Below the pieces are notes generated by a model. The model saw nothing but the letters and a program-made list of their open reading frames with translations. It was not told the origin of the DNA and made no database searches. 64,000 bases of DNA from a candidate division WOR-3 bacterium (lineage in GTDB: Bacteria > Hydrothermota > Tepidihabitantia > Tepidihabitantales > Tepidihabitantaceae). Of the stretch, positions 1 through 8,717 are shown in pieces; position 1 is the first letter of the stretch, and the number at the start of each line of letters is the position of its first letter. The position numbers were made by a program, and so were the translations under genes. The stretch covers positions 1 through 64,000 of the forward strand of contig CBFGJX010000004.1 of the NCBI GenBank assembly GCA_965649225.1, given 5' to 3'.

Positions 1-10
1 GTCGCGCACG

Positions 11-1417
11 ATGCCGGGTACCGGCATACTTCTCGGCACGGTAACGCAATCGTCAGCCCGACCGGTTCGTCTGCACAACACTGCGGTTCTGCTGGTGGCC
101 GGGGAAGTGGTTTTCGTTCAACACAAACGACTCCTGCCGACCTATGATGTATTTGACGAGGCACGTCACTTCCAGCCTGGCGATCAGAGCCGACCGTACG
201 GCTTCAAGGGCGAACAGCTTGGGATAATGGTGTGCGAAGATGGCTGGGGCGGGCCGGGACAGAGTCGCTATGATGTTGACCCTGTTGCCGACCTTGTCCA
301 AGCCGGGGCGACGCTGTTGGTGAATATCTCGGCTTCCCCTTTTACGATTGGCAAGCACGAGGAACGACTGGGGTTGATGAGCCGGCATGTTCAACGGCAC
401 CGTGTGCCGCTGGTTTTTGTCAATCAGGTGGGCGGCAACGACGAACTGGTGTTTGACGGACGGAGTTTCGCTCTGGACTGTACCGGACGCCTGGTAGCGG
501 AACTCTCAGCATTTGAACCGGATATTGCAATTGTCGAAACTTCGGCCGCGGCTGTTGAAGGCGCAGCCGGTCCGGCACTGGAGTCGATCGAGACCGTACG
601 CCGGGCCCTGGTGCTGGGATTGCGTGATTACGCCCGCAAGTGTGGTTTCGGTCGGGTGGTGCTGGGTCTTTCCGGGGGAATTGATTCGGCAGTTGTGTGT
701 TGTCTGGCGGTTGAAGCGTTGGGCCGGGAGAATGTGTTGGCACTGACGATGCCTTCACGTTTCTCGTCCCGAGGCAGCGTCGAGGACTCACGGCTGCTGG
801 CGCAAAATCTTGGCATTGAGCTGCTCGAAATACCGATAGAAAAGGTCCACGCCGCCTATCTTGACCTGCTCGGGCCGTTTTTTGCCGGTCTGGAGCCCGA
901 TGAAACCGAGGAGAATATCCAGGCCCGGATCAGGGGCAATCTGCTGATGGCATTTGCCAACAAACAGCGTCGGCTGGTGCTTTCCACCGGCAACAAGAGT
1001 GAGCTGGCGGTCGGGTACTGCACGCTGTACGGTGATATGAGCGGCGGGCTTTCAATTCTGGCGGACGTGCCCAAGACGATGGTTTATCAGCTAGCGTGTC
1101 ATATCAACCGCGACCGGGCGGCTATCCCGAAAGCGATCATCGAGAAGCAACCCTCGGCGGAACTGCGGCCGAACCAGCTGGACAGCGACACCCTGCCGCC
1201 TTATCCGATACTGGACCGGATAATCGAGCGCTATGTTGACGACGGCGCTTCGGTTGACGAAATTGTTGCTGAAGGGATTTCAGAGGAAGTGGTGCGCCAG
1301 GTAGTTGCGGCGATAAACCGCAGTGAACACAAACGCCGCCAGGCGCCGCCGGGCATAAAGGTTTCGGCCAAAGCCTTCGGGATTGGCCGAAGGATGCCGA
1401 TCGCTGCTCGTTACTGA
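11..1417 (+). CDS. nadE: Glutamine-dependent NAD+ synthetase (probably 5'-truncated by window edge)
   Basis: CN-hydrolase motifs (KRLLPTYDVFDEARHF, VCEDGW) followed by synthetase motifs LGLSGGIDS, ENIQARIRG, STGNKSE, PSAELRPNQLD. Confidence 0.95.
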   Translation: MPGTGILLGTVTQSSARPVRLHNTAVLLVAGEVVFVQHKRLLPTYDVFDEARHFQPGDQSRPYGFKGEQLGIMVCEDGWGGPGQSRYDVDPVADLVQAGATLLVNISASPFTIGKHEERLGLMSRHVQRHRVPLVFVNQVGGNDELVFDGRSFALDCTGRLVAELSAFEPDIAIVETSAAAVEGAAGPALESIETVRRALVLGLRDYARKCGFGRVVLGLSGGIDSAVVCCLAVEALGRENVLALTMPSRFSSRGSVEDSRLLAQNLGIELLEIPIEKVHAAYLDLLGPFFAGLEPDETEENIQARIRGNLLMAFANKQRRLVLSTGNKSELAVGYCTLYGDMSGGLSILADVPKTMVYQLACHINRDRAAIPKAIIEKQPSAELRPNQLDSDTLPPYPILDRIIERYVDDGASVDEIVAEGISEEVVRQVVAAINRSEHKRRQAPPGIKVSAKAFGIGRRMPIAARY

Positions 1418-3036
1418 CGGCTGGTTGCCCGGGATTGCCCAGCTATCGAACGCAGCAGCTCCACCGCCGGTTGATAATCCGGTGAGCGTTCCAGAGCCAG
1501 CCGGGCATAAGCAGCAGCGCTGTCGGGCCGACTACTGGCAAGGAACACCTGTCCAAGACTGGTCAGAATCAGCGGTGAACCCGGCTGGATTTCGTTGGCA
1601 ATGCGCAGATGGTGGCTGGCCCGGCGCCAGTCGTTCTTGCGGACAAAAAGCTCGGCAATCCGGGTATGCGCCGGCAGCCATTCCTGATTGATGATGATGG
1701 CACGGTTGTAGAGGGCAATCGCCGAATCCGGGTCAGCATCGGCGATTGTCTCGGCCAGCATCGTGTAGCCGATGGGCGAACCGGGTGCTTCGGCGATCAT
1801 CGCTGCAGCAAGGTTCTGGCGATTCCGCCAGATGCCAAGCCGGTTGACCGTCACGATGCCAAGAAAAGCGCTGACCGCGAGTATCGTGACTCCAGCTACA
1901 CTGCGCAGCCGGGGGCGACTGGAGAGGAGGCGGGAGAGGGTGGTGATGATAATCAGCACCAGTCCGACCGATGGCAGATACAGCAATCGGTCGGAAATCT
2001 GGTTGGCAAGCGGCAGCCAGTTGAGAACCGGCAGCAAAAAAGCCAGCACCCAGCCGTAGCCCCACAGCGTTATCCAGAACCGGCGGCGCAGAGCGGCTAG
2101 TGGAACTGTCACAATGAACAGGATTGTTCCGATGATCGCGTCAGTCAGTTCGCGATAGGCCGGGTCCGGGGGGAAGAGTACCCGACGCTGCAGCGGCACA
2201 AAGAATGACCGGAGATAGAGGCCAAAGGTGTTGGCGGCGTTGGCAGCCGTCTGACCTGGTGACAAGCCGTGCAGTGTCGGCCACGGCACCGCCCGAGTTC
2301 GCAAGAACAGCCCGAGGGCAGTAAAAGCAATGACCGCAGCGGTCATCAGCCAGTAGCGCGGGCTGTAGCGGGTACGGGTGAGCAGTGGCATCAGCGCGCA
2401 CAGGACGGGAAACAGCAGCGCATTCTCTTTGGACAGCAGGGCCAGAACTCCCGCCGGGGGTACCAGCAGCCACCACCAGTGGTTGTGTTTGCGTTGACCG
2501 CGCAGCAGAGCCAGTGAGGCAAAAGTGATGAACATCCCGGCCAGCAGGTCGGAACGAGCTGCGGCGTGAGCGACGGGTTCGGCCTGAGCGGGGTGAAGAG
2601 TAAACAGCAAGCCGCCGAGCAATGCCCAGACCCCGGAATGGAGCAGTTCCCAGATAATGAGAGTCACCAGTCCGGCAGTAGCGGTGTGGAGCAGGACATT
2701 GACCAGATGGCCACCGGCAGGGCTGCGGCCGAACAATCGGTACTGAAGCCAGATACTCAGTGTCGTGACCGGGCGATAAGCTGATGCCTCGACAGGGGTC
2801 AGCGGTCCTGTTTCGGCAGGCCAGTAGCCCTGGGAGAATGCGCGCAGAGGATCCGGACCCGCAATTACGGTATTGGCGGTGCCTTGCCGGGGGTCTTCCC
2901 AGACAGCCTCGAAGTGCAGCGTCGGCAGGTAGACAATAAGCGAGGTGAGTACGACAACTGCGACTACGGTGGCCATTCCCAGCCGCGTACGCAGCAGTTC
3001 GGCGACTGGCTTTGAGCCGATCAGGGACCACCTCAT
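1411..3036 (-). CDS. Multi-pass membrane GT-C-like (TMTC/DUF1736-like) protein with C-terminal TPRs
   Basis: Many TM segments; YRPVT, NVLLH, HPAQAE, LSKENA, DRLLYLP motifs; helical TPR-like tail; start uncertain. Confidence 0.75.
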   Translation of the reverse strand: MRWSLIGSKPVAELLRTRLGMATVVAVVVLTSLIVYLPTLHFEAVWEDPRQGTANTVIAGPDPLRAFSQGYWPAETGPLTPVEASAYRPVTTLSIWLQYRLFGRSPAGGHLVNVLLHTATAGLVTLIIWELLHSGVWALLGGLLFTLHPAQAEPVAHAAARSDLLAGMFITFASLALLRGQRKHNHWWWLLVPPAGVLALLSKENALLFPVLCALMPLLTRTRYSPRYWLMTAAVIAFTALGLFLRTRAVPWPTLHGLSPGQTAANAANTFGLYLRSFFVPLQRRVLFPPDPAYRELTDAIIGTILFIVTVPLAALRRRFWITLWGYGWVLAFLLPVLNWLPLANQISDRLLYLPSVGLVLIIITTLSRLLSSRPRLRSVAGVTILAVSAFLGIVTVNRLGIWRNRQNLAAAMIAEAPGSPIGYTMLAETIADADPDSAIALYNRAIIINQEWLPAHTRIAELFVRKNDWRRASHHLRIANEIQPGSPLILTSLGQVFLASSRPDSAAAYARLALERSPDYQPAVELLRSIAGQSRATSRQ

Positions 3037-3614
3037 ATCTTGCCGCGCGGGAAAGGATTCCAGTTGGTCAGTTCTGTCAGCGGTCGGCGGTGCGGTCGTT
3101 CAGTTTGAGGAGGCGAGTCGGCAGCCGGGTAGCCGACCGCGATCAGACACACCGGCAACAGTCTCGACTTGGCCAGCCCGAAGTGGCGACTGAGCGCGCG
3201 GGCATTGAACCAGCCAATCCAGCAGGAGCCCAGGCCCTGTTCGGCAGCGGCAAGAACGAAATGCTCGCCGGCGATCCCGGCGTCGACAAACTGCAGGGGG
3301 GTACCCAAGAGCAGGGCGGCGAGACGGTTGAGGGCCAGGTCGTCACGGATGAGCAGTGCCGCCAGCACCGGAGCGGCAGCGAACCGAAGCGATGGCCGAT
3401 ATATCCCGCTGAAAACAAGTTTGCAGACAGCCTGCCGTGCTGCCGGTTCGTCGAAGATCAGCCACCGGACCGGCTGACGGTTTTCGGCGGAAGGGGCCAG
3501 TCGTGCTGCCTCGAGGCAGTAGATGATCTTCTCGCGTTCGACCGGACGGTCGCTGAAACGGCGTACCGAGCGACGACGAGCGCAGAGATCGAGAAAAGAG
3601 TCGCTGTCGTTCAC
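3033..3614 (-). CDS. Nitroreductase family protein
   Basis: RRSVRRF, LAPSAENRQP, DAGIA, GLGSCWIGWF, IAVGYP. Confidence 0.92.
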   Translation of the reverse strand: MNDSDSFLDLCARRRSVRRFSDRPVEREKIIYCLEAARLAPSAENRQPVRWLIFDEPAARQAVCKLVFSGIYRPSLRFAAAPVLAALLIRDDLALNRLAALLLGTPLQFVDAGIAGEHFVLAAAEQGLGSCWIGWFNARALSRHFGLAKSRLLPVCLIAVGYPAADSPPQTERPHRRPLTELTNWNPFPRGKI

Positions 3615-4390
3615 GGTACTGCGGCCGGCGGTACCAGCTGCGGCAGGACCGTGCCGGCTGGTCCAGCCAGATGATAGTCGGCAAGCGAGCTGACACCAGT
3701 ACGGCGCGGATTGACTTCCACGACCAGAGCTCCGGATTCATGTGCGGCCCAGACCCATTCAATAATGTAGCCGAAAGACGCCTCGGTGCCGATAACCAGA
3801 CAGACATCGGTGGAGCTGGAAAGAAGAAAATCGCGTACCCAGGCAACAGGTGCCCAAGGAAGGTTTTCGCCAAACCAGACGACGTCGGGCCGCAGGATGT
3901 TGCCACAGTGGCAGTAGGGCGGGATTTCGGCAAGTGGCACGTCCCGGTTTTCGAACACACTGCCGTCGCGTTCACAGCGCATGCGCCAGAGCGAACCGTG
4001 GATATGTACGACATCAACCGAGCCGGCCCGCTCGTGCAGGTCATCGACGTTCTGGGTTACGATCAGCAGCCGGCGGGCAGGTGTTTCCAAGCGGGCAAGG
4101 GCGATGTGGCCCGGGTTCGGCTGAGCAGCGGCTGCGGTCTGACGACGCTGGTCATACCATCGCCAGACCTTTTCCGGGTCACGCAGGAAGGCCTCGCGGG
4201 TGGCATAGTCGAGCGGATTGTCTTTTTGCCACAGGCCGTCATCGGTCCGGAAGGTCGGAATGCCGGATTCGGCCGATATCCCGGCACCGGTGATGACAAG
4301 GATGGAGCGGGCAGTGGTCAGTCGGTCTTTGACGGCGCTGATTGCCTCGGGCAGCGGCGGAAGCGGTTCTGGAGAATTCTCGCTTGTCAT
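3611..4390 (-). CDS. cobB: NAD-dependent protein deacylase (sirtuin, class III-like)
   Basis: GAGISAESGIPTFR, WYDQRR, TQNVDDLHERAG, HGSL, LRPDVVWFGE; start trimmed to ATG 4390. Confidence 0.9.
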   Translation of the reverse strand: MTSENSPEPLPPLPEAISAVKDRLTTARSILVITGAGISAESGIPTFRTDDGLWQKDNPLDYATREAFLRDPEKVWRWYDQRRQTAAAAQPNPGHIALARLETPARRLLIVTQNVDDLHERAGSVDVVHIHGSLWRMRCERDGSVFENRDVPLAEIPPYCHCGNILRPDVVWFGENLPWAPVAWVRDFLLSSSTDVCLVIGTEASFGYIIEWVWAAHESGALVVEVNPRRTGVSSLADYHLAGPAGTVLPQLVPPAAVP

Positions 4391-4508
4391 GGGTGTGCAG
4401 ATGGGTGGACGACGGCAATGGTCAGCACGAAGTACAGGATGGTGGACAGTAGACAAAGTGAGGGTGACATCAGAAACCGTGGATGCTGACAATCGTCTCC
4501 AGCCGGTC

Positions 4509-4536
4509 ATTCTAGCCTGTTGGGGTTCGGTGTCAA
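4509..4536 (-). promoter_or_regulatory. Sigma70-type promoter for cobB operon
   Basis: TTGACA-16 bp-TAGAAT on minus strand. Confidence 0.7.
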
Positions 4537-4560
4537 CGCAGCCTGGTGCGGACAGCGGTC

Positions 4561-4588
4561 TTGCCGCAGGAGGACCAGTGACTATACT
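4561..4588 (+). promoter_or_regulatory. Promoter for leaderless yggS
   Basis: TTGCCG-16 bp-TATACT, 6 nt before GTG 4595. Confidence 0.6.
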
Positions 4589-4594
4589 GAACGG

Positions 4595-5287
4595 GTGAGC
4601 ATCAAAGACAATCTCCGGTCGATCGAGGACGCCATCGCCGAGGCCTGTCGGCGTGCAGGCAGGCATCGGGCCAGTGTCCGGCTGGTTGCAGTTACCAAGA
4701 ACCGCAGTCCCGCCGAGATCATTGAGGCGATTGAACACGGCGTCACAGATGTGGGCGAAAACCGGGTACAGGAGGCCGCGGCCAAGCGGCCGCTGGTAGG
4801 ACCTGGCTGCCGCTGGCACCTGGTCGGTAACCTGCAGACAAACAAGGTGCGGCGAGCGCTGGAGCTGTTCGATTTGATTCAGAGTATTGACTCGATTCGA
4901 CTGGCCGAAGAAATCGCGCGCCGTCTGAGCGGCACCGGTCGCCGTGTCCCGTGCTGTATCGAGGTCAACACATCGGGCGAGGTTTCAAAACACGGCGTGA
5001 CACCGGAAGGACTGCCTGAGCTGGTCGAAGCGGTGCTGGCCCGAGAGGCAATTGAGCTTGTCGGCCTGATGACGATCGGCCCTGGTCTTGCAGTCGAGAA
5101 TCCGGAGCTGTCGCGTCCCTGCTTTGTTCGGTTGCGGCAGCTGGCCGAGGAATGTCGACAACGTTTCGGGATAGCCCTGCCGGAATTGTCGATGGGAATG
5201 AGCGCCGACTTTGCTGTGGGCATTGAAGAAGGTGCGACGATGGTGCGCATCGGAACCGCCATCTTTGGGTCGCGACCGGGTCGTTAG
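4595..5287 (+). CDS. yggS: YggS family PLP homeostasis protein
   Basis: LVAVTK, GENRVQE, WHLVGNLQTNK, LSMGMSADF, VRIGTAIFG. Confidence 0.95.
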   Translation: MSIKDNLRSIEDAIAEACRRAGRHRASVRLVAVTKNRSPAEIIEAIEHGVTDVGENRVQEAAAKRPLVGPGCRWHLVGNLQTNKVRRALELFDLIQSIDSIRLAEEIARRLSGTGRRVPCCIEVNTSGEVSKHGVTPEGLPELVEAVLAREAIELVGLMTIGPGLAVENPELSRPCFVRLRQLAEECRQRFGIALPELSMGMSADFAVGIEEGATMVRIGTAIFGSRPGR

Positions 5288-5290
5288 CAG

Positions 5291-5713
5291 GTGGAGACGG
5301 AGTCGTTCTGGAGTCTGGTTGAAGAAGCCCTGGCCGAGATCCCCGAGTACTTCCGAAAGCGGATGGAGAATATCTCCGTGGAAGTGATGCCGATTGCCCC
5401 GCCCGAGATTGCGCAGGGCGTCGGCAAGGAACCCTGGAGTTTGCTCGGCGTGTACCGGGGTGTGCCATACAGCCGCCGGAATCACTGGTATTCCAACGTG
5501 CTTCCCGACCGAATAATAATCTTCCAGCTGCCGATTGAGCGGCTGTGTCGGACCCGTACCGGTATCAGACGTCTGGTCCGCCGGGTAGTGATTCACGAGG
5601 TGGGCCATTACTTCGGCTTGAGCGATGAGGAATTGAGACGGCTGGAATCGGAAGCCGACGCAGCTGCCCGCAAGCAGAGTCAGGCTGAGGGAGAACCGGC
5701 CGACGGCGGCTAG
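5291..5713 (+). CDS. Zincin-like metallopeptidase (Zincin_1/DUF1025)
   Basis: LLGVYRGVP, PDRIIIFQLPI, VVIHEVGHYFGL. Confidence 0.85.
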   Translation: METESFWSLVEEALAEIPEYFRKRMENISVEVMPIAPPEIAQGVGKEPWSLLGVYRGVPYSRRNHWYSNVLPDRIIIFQLPIERLCRTRTGIRRLVRRVVIHEVGHYFGLSDEELRRLESEADAAARKQSQAEGEPADGG

Positions 5714-7416
5714 CGGAAAATCACCAGAGGACGGCGTACTGTCCCGGTTCGGGTTTCGAGTCGGACAAAGTAACAACCGGGCACCAGGTGGCCGACAGAA
5801 ACTTCAGCCCGGCCGGGTTGAAGCTCTTCGGGGCCGAGAGCGAGGACCGAGCGACCAGCCGCATCGCAGACCGTAATGCGATTCATCATCACGTCCTGCC
5901 CCGGCCAAACGATGGCAGTCTTGCTGCGAGCCGGATTTGGCCGGATCACAATTCTGATTCCCGGGACTGGTTTTGGATACGGTTCTGTCAGAGCAGTCCG
6001 GCCCTGTACCGAGGCGGCGATAAGATACTCGCCGACGGTCAGATTCTGCCAGACAGTCGAGTCACGATAAAAACTGTGGCCCCGCGGGTTGTCGTCCGCA
6101 ACCGAGCCGGGCAGACCGGATGTGTCGGTTGGTACTACTGAGACCCAGAAATCGCCCGAAACGACGGTTACGACTGAATCCAGGTCACAGACAACCGGTG
6201 GTCCGGGACGGCCGGGCAGTGCCCGCAGTCGGTCGGATTCGTGCAGCAGGGTGCCGCCGTCAGCCGCGTAAATACGAAAACGAAAACTGGAATCACGCCA
6301 GGGAGGGCCGTCAGACGAGAAAACCGCCCGCAGACGAGAGATCTGCAAGGGCCAGATCAGCCCAAAATCGGCGGGATTGAAGCGCACCGCTCGCTCGCGA
6401 GCCCAGTGAAGCCAGTAGCGTGATGGTGCAAACGACGCGTAGTTCACCCAGTTGGACAGCCCAAGCTGCCAGTGTAGAGTGTCGTCGCTTTGCCAGGTGT
6501 CACCATCGGAGCTGACCCAGACCGTGAAGGTGTAGGAACCCGGTGTGTCGGGTGCGCTCCAGTGGCCGAGGTCCACCGGGCAGCGAGTCCTGGGCAATGA
6601 CAGGCTGAGGGTAGTGTCAAAAGCAAAAGCGTAGCCAAGCGGGCCGGTGATGCGCAAGTGTATCCCGGTACCAGCCGGCAGTGAGTCACGGCCGAGAGGA
6701 CGCAGGACAATGCCGACTGGCAGCTGGGTGCCGGGATCGGTATCACGCGGCAGAGCGGTGGCAAACCGTTCCACCGCAACGGCGTTCTGGGGCGGGCCCC
6801 AGTTGACGACGGCTCTGATTAACCAGTCGCCACGACGGCTGTCGGGGACAAAGCCGCCGCCGGGTGTGTATTGCCAGCGCCGGCCGGCACCGGCATTTTC
6901 CGCGACATCGGTACAGACAGCCGGGCAGTAAGGATAAATCCCCGACTGGATGTAGAAGATGTAAAAGGGGGTACGAGTGAGTTCGATACCGACCGGAATT
7001 GCATTCCAGCGGCCGCGACTGATCGTCAGCGATTCATCGGCCCACAGCAACGTGCCCGGTGCGCCGCCGGGACCGTCGGCGGCAAAGATGCGCAATGCCA
7101 TGCTGTTGCCACCCGGAGAAGGCCATTGCACCTCGTTGATGAATATCAGGACGGTATCGAGACGACAGGGATGACCAGGCGCTGAGAAACGCTGACCCCA
7201 GCCGGAGCCGGTGTCGGGCCAGGCCCATGCCCTGGCTGGGACGTCATCGTCGTAGCTGAGCGTGTCGAGAGCAGCGAGAGGGAGAAACGGTGTTTCGGCG
7301 GGAGTGCTGGGGGCGACCGGTGGTTGAGCGGCGTGGTGGAGCGGAGCCTGAAACTGCAGCCAACAATCGGCAGATGAGATGAGGGTTATGGAAAACAGCA
7401 GTGCAGTCAGCAGCAC
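5710..7416 (-). CDS. Secreted protein with two similar beta domains and FlgD/T9SS-like C-terminal domain
   Basis: Signal peptide; C-terminal PNP...DAAGRSV...GCYFVRL; internal repeat RI(F/Y)AADG...TLL. Confidence 0.7.
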   Translation of the reverse strand: MLLTALLFSITLISSADCWLQFQAPLHHAAQPPVAPSTPAETPFLPLAALDTLSYDDDVPARAWAWPDTGSGWGQRFSAPGHPCRLDTVLIFINEVQWPSPGGNSMALRIFAADGPGGAPGTLLWADESLTISRGRWNAIPVGIELTRTPFYIFYIQSGIYPYCPAVCTDVAENAGAGRRWQYTPGGGFVPDSRRGDWLIRAVVNWGPPQNAVAVERFATALPRDTDPGTQLPVGIVLRPLGRDSLPAGTGIHLRITGPLGYAFAFDTTLSLSLPRTRCPVDLGHWSAPDTPGSYTFTVWVSSDGDTWQSDDTLHWQLGLSNWVNYASFAPSRYWLHWARERAVRFNPADFGLIWPLQISRLRAVFSSDGPPWRDSSFRFRIYAADGGTLLHESDRLRALPGRPGPPVVCDLDSVVTVVSGDFWVSVVPTDTSGLPGSVADDNPRGHSFYRDSTVWQNLTVGEYLIAASVQGRTALTEPYPKPVPGIRIVIRPNPARSKTAIVWPGQDVMMNRITVCDAAGRSVLALGPEELQPGRAEVSVGHLVPGCYFVRLETRTGTVRRPLVIFR

Positions 7417-7496
7417 GAGATACTATAGGGCGGTCGCGATTGCGGTCAAGGCGACGGTCTTTTCCACCGACGTCAGGATTCGATTCCGACAGCGGA

Positions 7497-8651
7497 TCAT
7501 CGGCCGTTTGCGCTTGCAAGCGGTCGGGCCCAGTGACAGGTCCAGTAACGTTCGAAGAAACGGGTCAAGCTGATCACTGTGGTCTGGTCTCTGGTCAGAA
7601 CACCGACGTTGCGGCATTCCAGCAGCTGCCGCTGGCTGAACGTGGCCGAACCAATCAGGGCCCGTGCCCGGTCGGCGATGACCACTTTGGCGTGCATCGT
7701 ACCGGCGGTCGGATTGGGACCGGCCGCAGCGATGTCAATGACCCGCACCGAGACACCCGGAATCGCGGCAAGCCGTTCGAGCAGTTCGTGGTCATGTTCA
7801 GCAGCCCAGCGGCCGACGAGCAGCCGAATTTTAACCCGGCGTCCGACCGCGGCGAGCAGCAGCGACTCAATCAGACCGAAGCGAGGTGATTCGCCGAAAT
7901 CGATCCGGTCGGAAATGCTGTTGGTCGCAATGTCAAGCAACGACTCAGCCGAGCAGCAGAGTTCGGTCAGCGCTTCGATCGTGGTCAGCCCGACCGTTCG
8001 GGGCAGCCGGGCCGGTGTGGTCAGGACCAGCTGACTGTGGTAATCGGGGCTGGCTACCGCAGACAGAGAAGGTTGCGGTACAGAGTTGCCGGCGAGCCGC
8101 CAGTCGGTTTCGAACACGGCGGTCAGCCTGCGGCTTAGGGTACTGTCACGGACAACCAGCGACAGTTCGCAGTTATCGTTGAACGCGGCGGAACTCCAGT
8201 TGTGCGACCCGATCACGCTGATTCGATTGTCAACGATGATGTATTTGGCATGCATGAGACAATCAGAATAGCGACTGTATGGGCGCAGGTCGGCAGCCCG
8301 GACTTCAATGCCCGGGATGTCACGAAGGATCTCCGGCATCCGGCAGTAGGTTGCGGTCGGATTTTGTTCCAGTGTCACTGAATCAACCATGATGCGCACA
8401 CGAACGCCACGCTGGGCAGCGGCGATGATGGCATCGTAGAGCGGATAAAGGTCACGGCCGCGGCTCGCGGGCGGGTAGTAAAGCAGGTAGAACTGGGCAA
8501 TATCGATTGAGTTGTGCGCCGAGTTGAATGCTGCCTGGAGCATCGTGGCGGCTTCGGCAACAGCTGGATCGTCGAGCCCGGAGCCGGTTGGAGAAGTTTC
8601 GATCAATTCCAGAGCGCTCCCGCCAAGGAGAAGGAGCAATGCGAAGACCAC
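7497..8651 (-). CDS. Phospholipase D family protein (two HKD motifs)
   Basis: MHAKYIIVD...GSHNWS and MHAKVVIAD...GSATFS; signal peptide. Confidence 0.88.
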   Translation of the reverse strand: MVFALLLLLGGSALELIETSPTGSGLDDPAVAEAATMLQAAFNSAHNSIDIAQFYLLYYPPASRGRDLYPLYDAIIAAAQRGVRVRIMVDSVTLEQNPTATYCRMPEILRDIPGIEVRAADLRPYSRYSDCLMHAKYIIVDNRISVIGSHNWSSAAFNDNCELSLVVRDSTLSRRLTAVFETDWRLAGNSVPQPSLSAVASPDYHSQLVLTTPARLPRTVGLTTIEALTELCCSAESLLDIATNSISDRIDFGESPRFGLIESLLLAAVGRRVKIRLLVGRWAAEHDHELLERLAAIPGVSVRVIDIAAAGPNPTAGTMHAKVVIADRARALIGSATFSQRQLLECRNVGVLTRDQTTVISLTRFFERYWTCHWARPLASANGR

Positions 8652-8717
8652 GGCGGTTATGCTAGAAACAACCGCGCCGCGGTCAAATCTAGCCCTGCCG
8701 AGTGAACCGGAACCGGA

